Shown here in pieces: positions 63,920-64,000 of a DNA stretch of 64,000 bases (its first letter is position 1; every line of letters begins with the position of its first letter). The position numbers and the translations under genes are program-made. Source of the DNA: Chthonomonadales bacterium (GTDB lineage: Bacteria; Armatimonadota; Chthonomonadetes; Chthonomonadales; Chthonomonadaceae); contig JBBQPY010000005.1 of the NCBI GenBank assembly GCA_038216735.1, positions 4,036 to 68,035 on the forward strand, given 5' to 3'. The notes under the pieces are model-generated. The model was not told the origin of the DNA and ran no database searches. It saw nothing but the letters and a program-made list of their open reading frames with translations.

Positions 63920-64000
63920 GAATATGTGTAATTGAGGAATGGTTGCTGGTTTGAGCCGCCATACAGGGCATTGGCTGCAAACCAGGATCGTAATTGTAAA

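Noticed and set aside
1-64000. Scanned intergenic regions for tRNA genes (GTTCGANTC T-loop / CCA contexts), rRNA and CRISPR arrays (regularly spaced direct repeats).
   Set aside because: None found. The only regularly recurring short repeats are the dispersed R1/R2/R3 elements, which are not arrayed with unique spacers.

Overview
This 64 kb window is high-GC (~60%) bacterial chromosome from a diderm organism. An LPS-transport gene cluster (lptC-like, lptA-like, lptB, lptF/G), a PEP-CTERM protein and a prepilin-type DUF1559 protein are present. Together with actinobacterial-type SteA/SteB homologues they suggest a PVC/Armatimonadota-like, terrabacterial-affiliated diderm lineage, but this is an inference from gene content only.

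The window spans the replication-initiation neighbourhood:
- dnaA (GTG start) sits behind a near-consensus sigma70 promoter.
- A diverged tandem duplication downstream of dnaA carries a dnaA 3' remnant and two YjbR/MmcQ-like paralogues, one of which pairs with a retropepsin-like aspartic protease.
- An AT-rich region about 0.9 kb long, dense in TTGTTAA(C/T)AA-type motifs and CTAGGGGCATAG palindromes, is a candidate oriC.
- recF follows, carrying an acidic insertion and an unresolved frame overlap with a DUF721/DciA-like gene.
- comEC follows these.

Other content:
- Sugar-utilisation genes: a GH78 rhamnosidase 3' end, a dgoD-like dehydratase, fucI, fucU and a Gfo/Idh/MocA oxidoreductase.
- A SARP/AfsR-type STAND regulator divergent from two beta-propeller/Big_2 lipoprotein genes, with a direct-repeat candidate operator between them.
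- An NfeD–flotillin operon, a GGDEF cyclase, RlmN, and a cell-envelope cluster (GT4, GT2, SteB/MctB-like, SteA-like).
- A WecA, DegT aminotransferase and M61 peptidase group.
- A frameshifted/nonsense-disrupted YhcG (DUF1016) nuclease pseudogene beside an AT-poor patch.

Three families of small dispersed intergenic repeats explain much of the intergenic structure:
- R1, a two-hairpin REP-like element with 5 or more copies.
- R2, a CTCCCTCTCCCGAAGCTTCGGGAGAGGGAG-type palindrome.
- R3, a roughly 180 bp MITE-like element with 2 copies.

No tRNA, rRNA or CRISPR array was recognised. Many long antisense ORFs in the six-frame track are treated as GC-driven artefacts.
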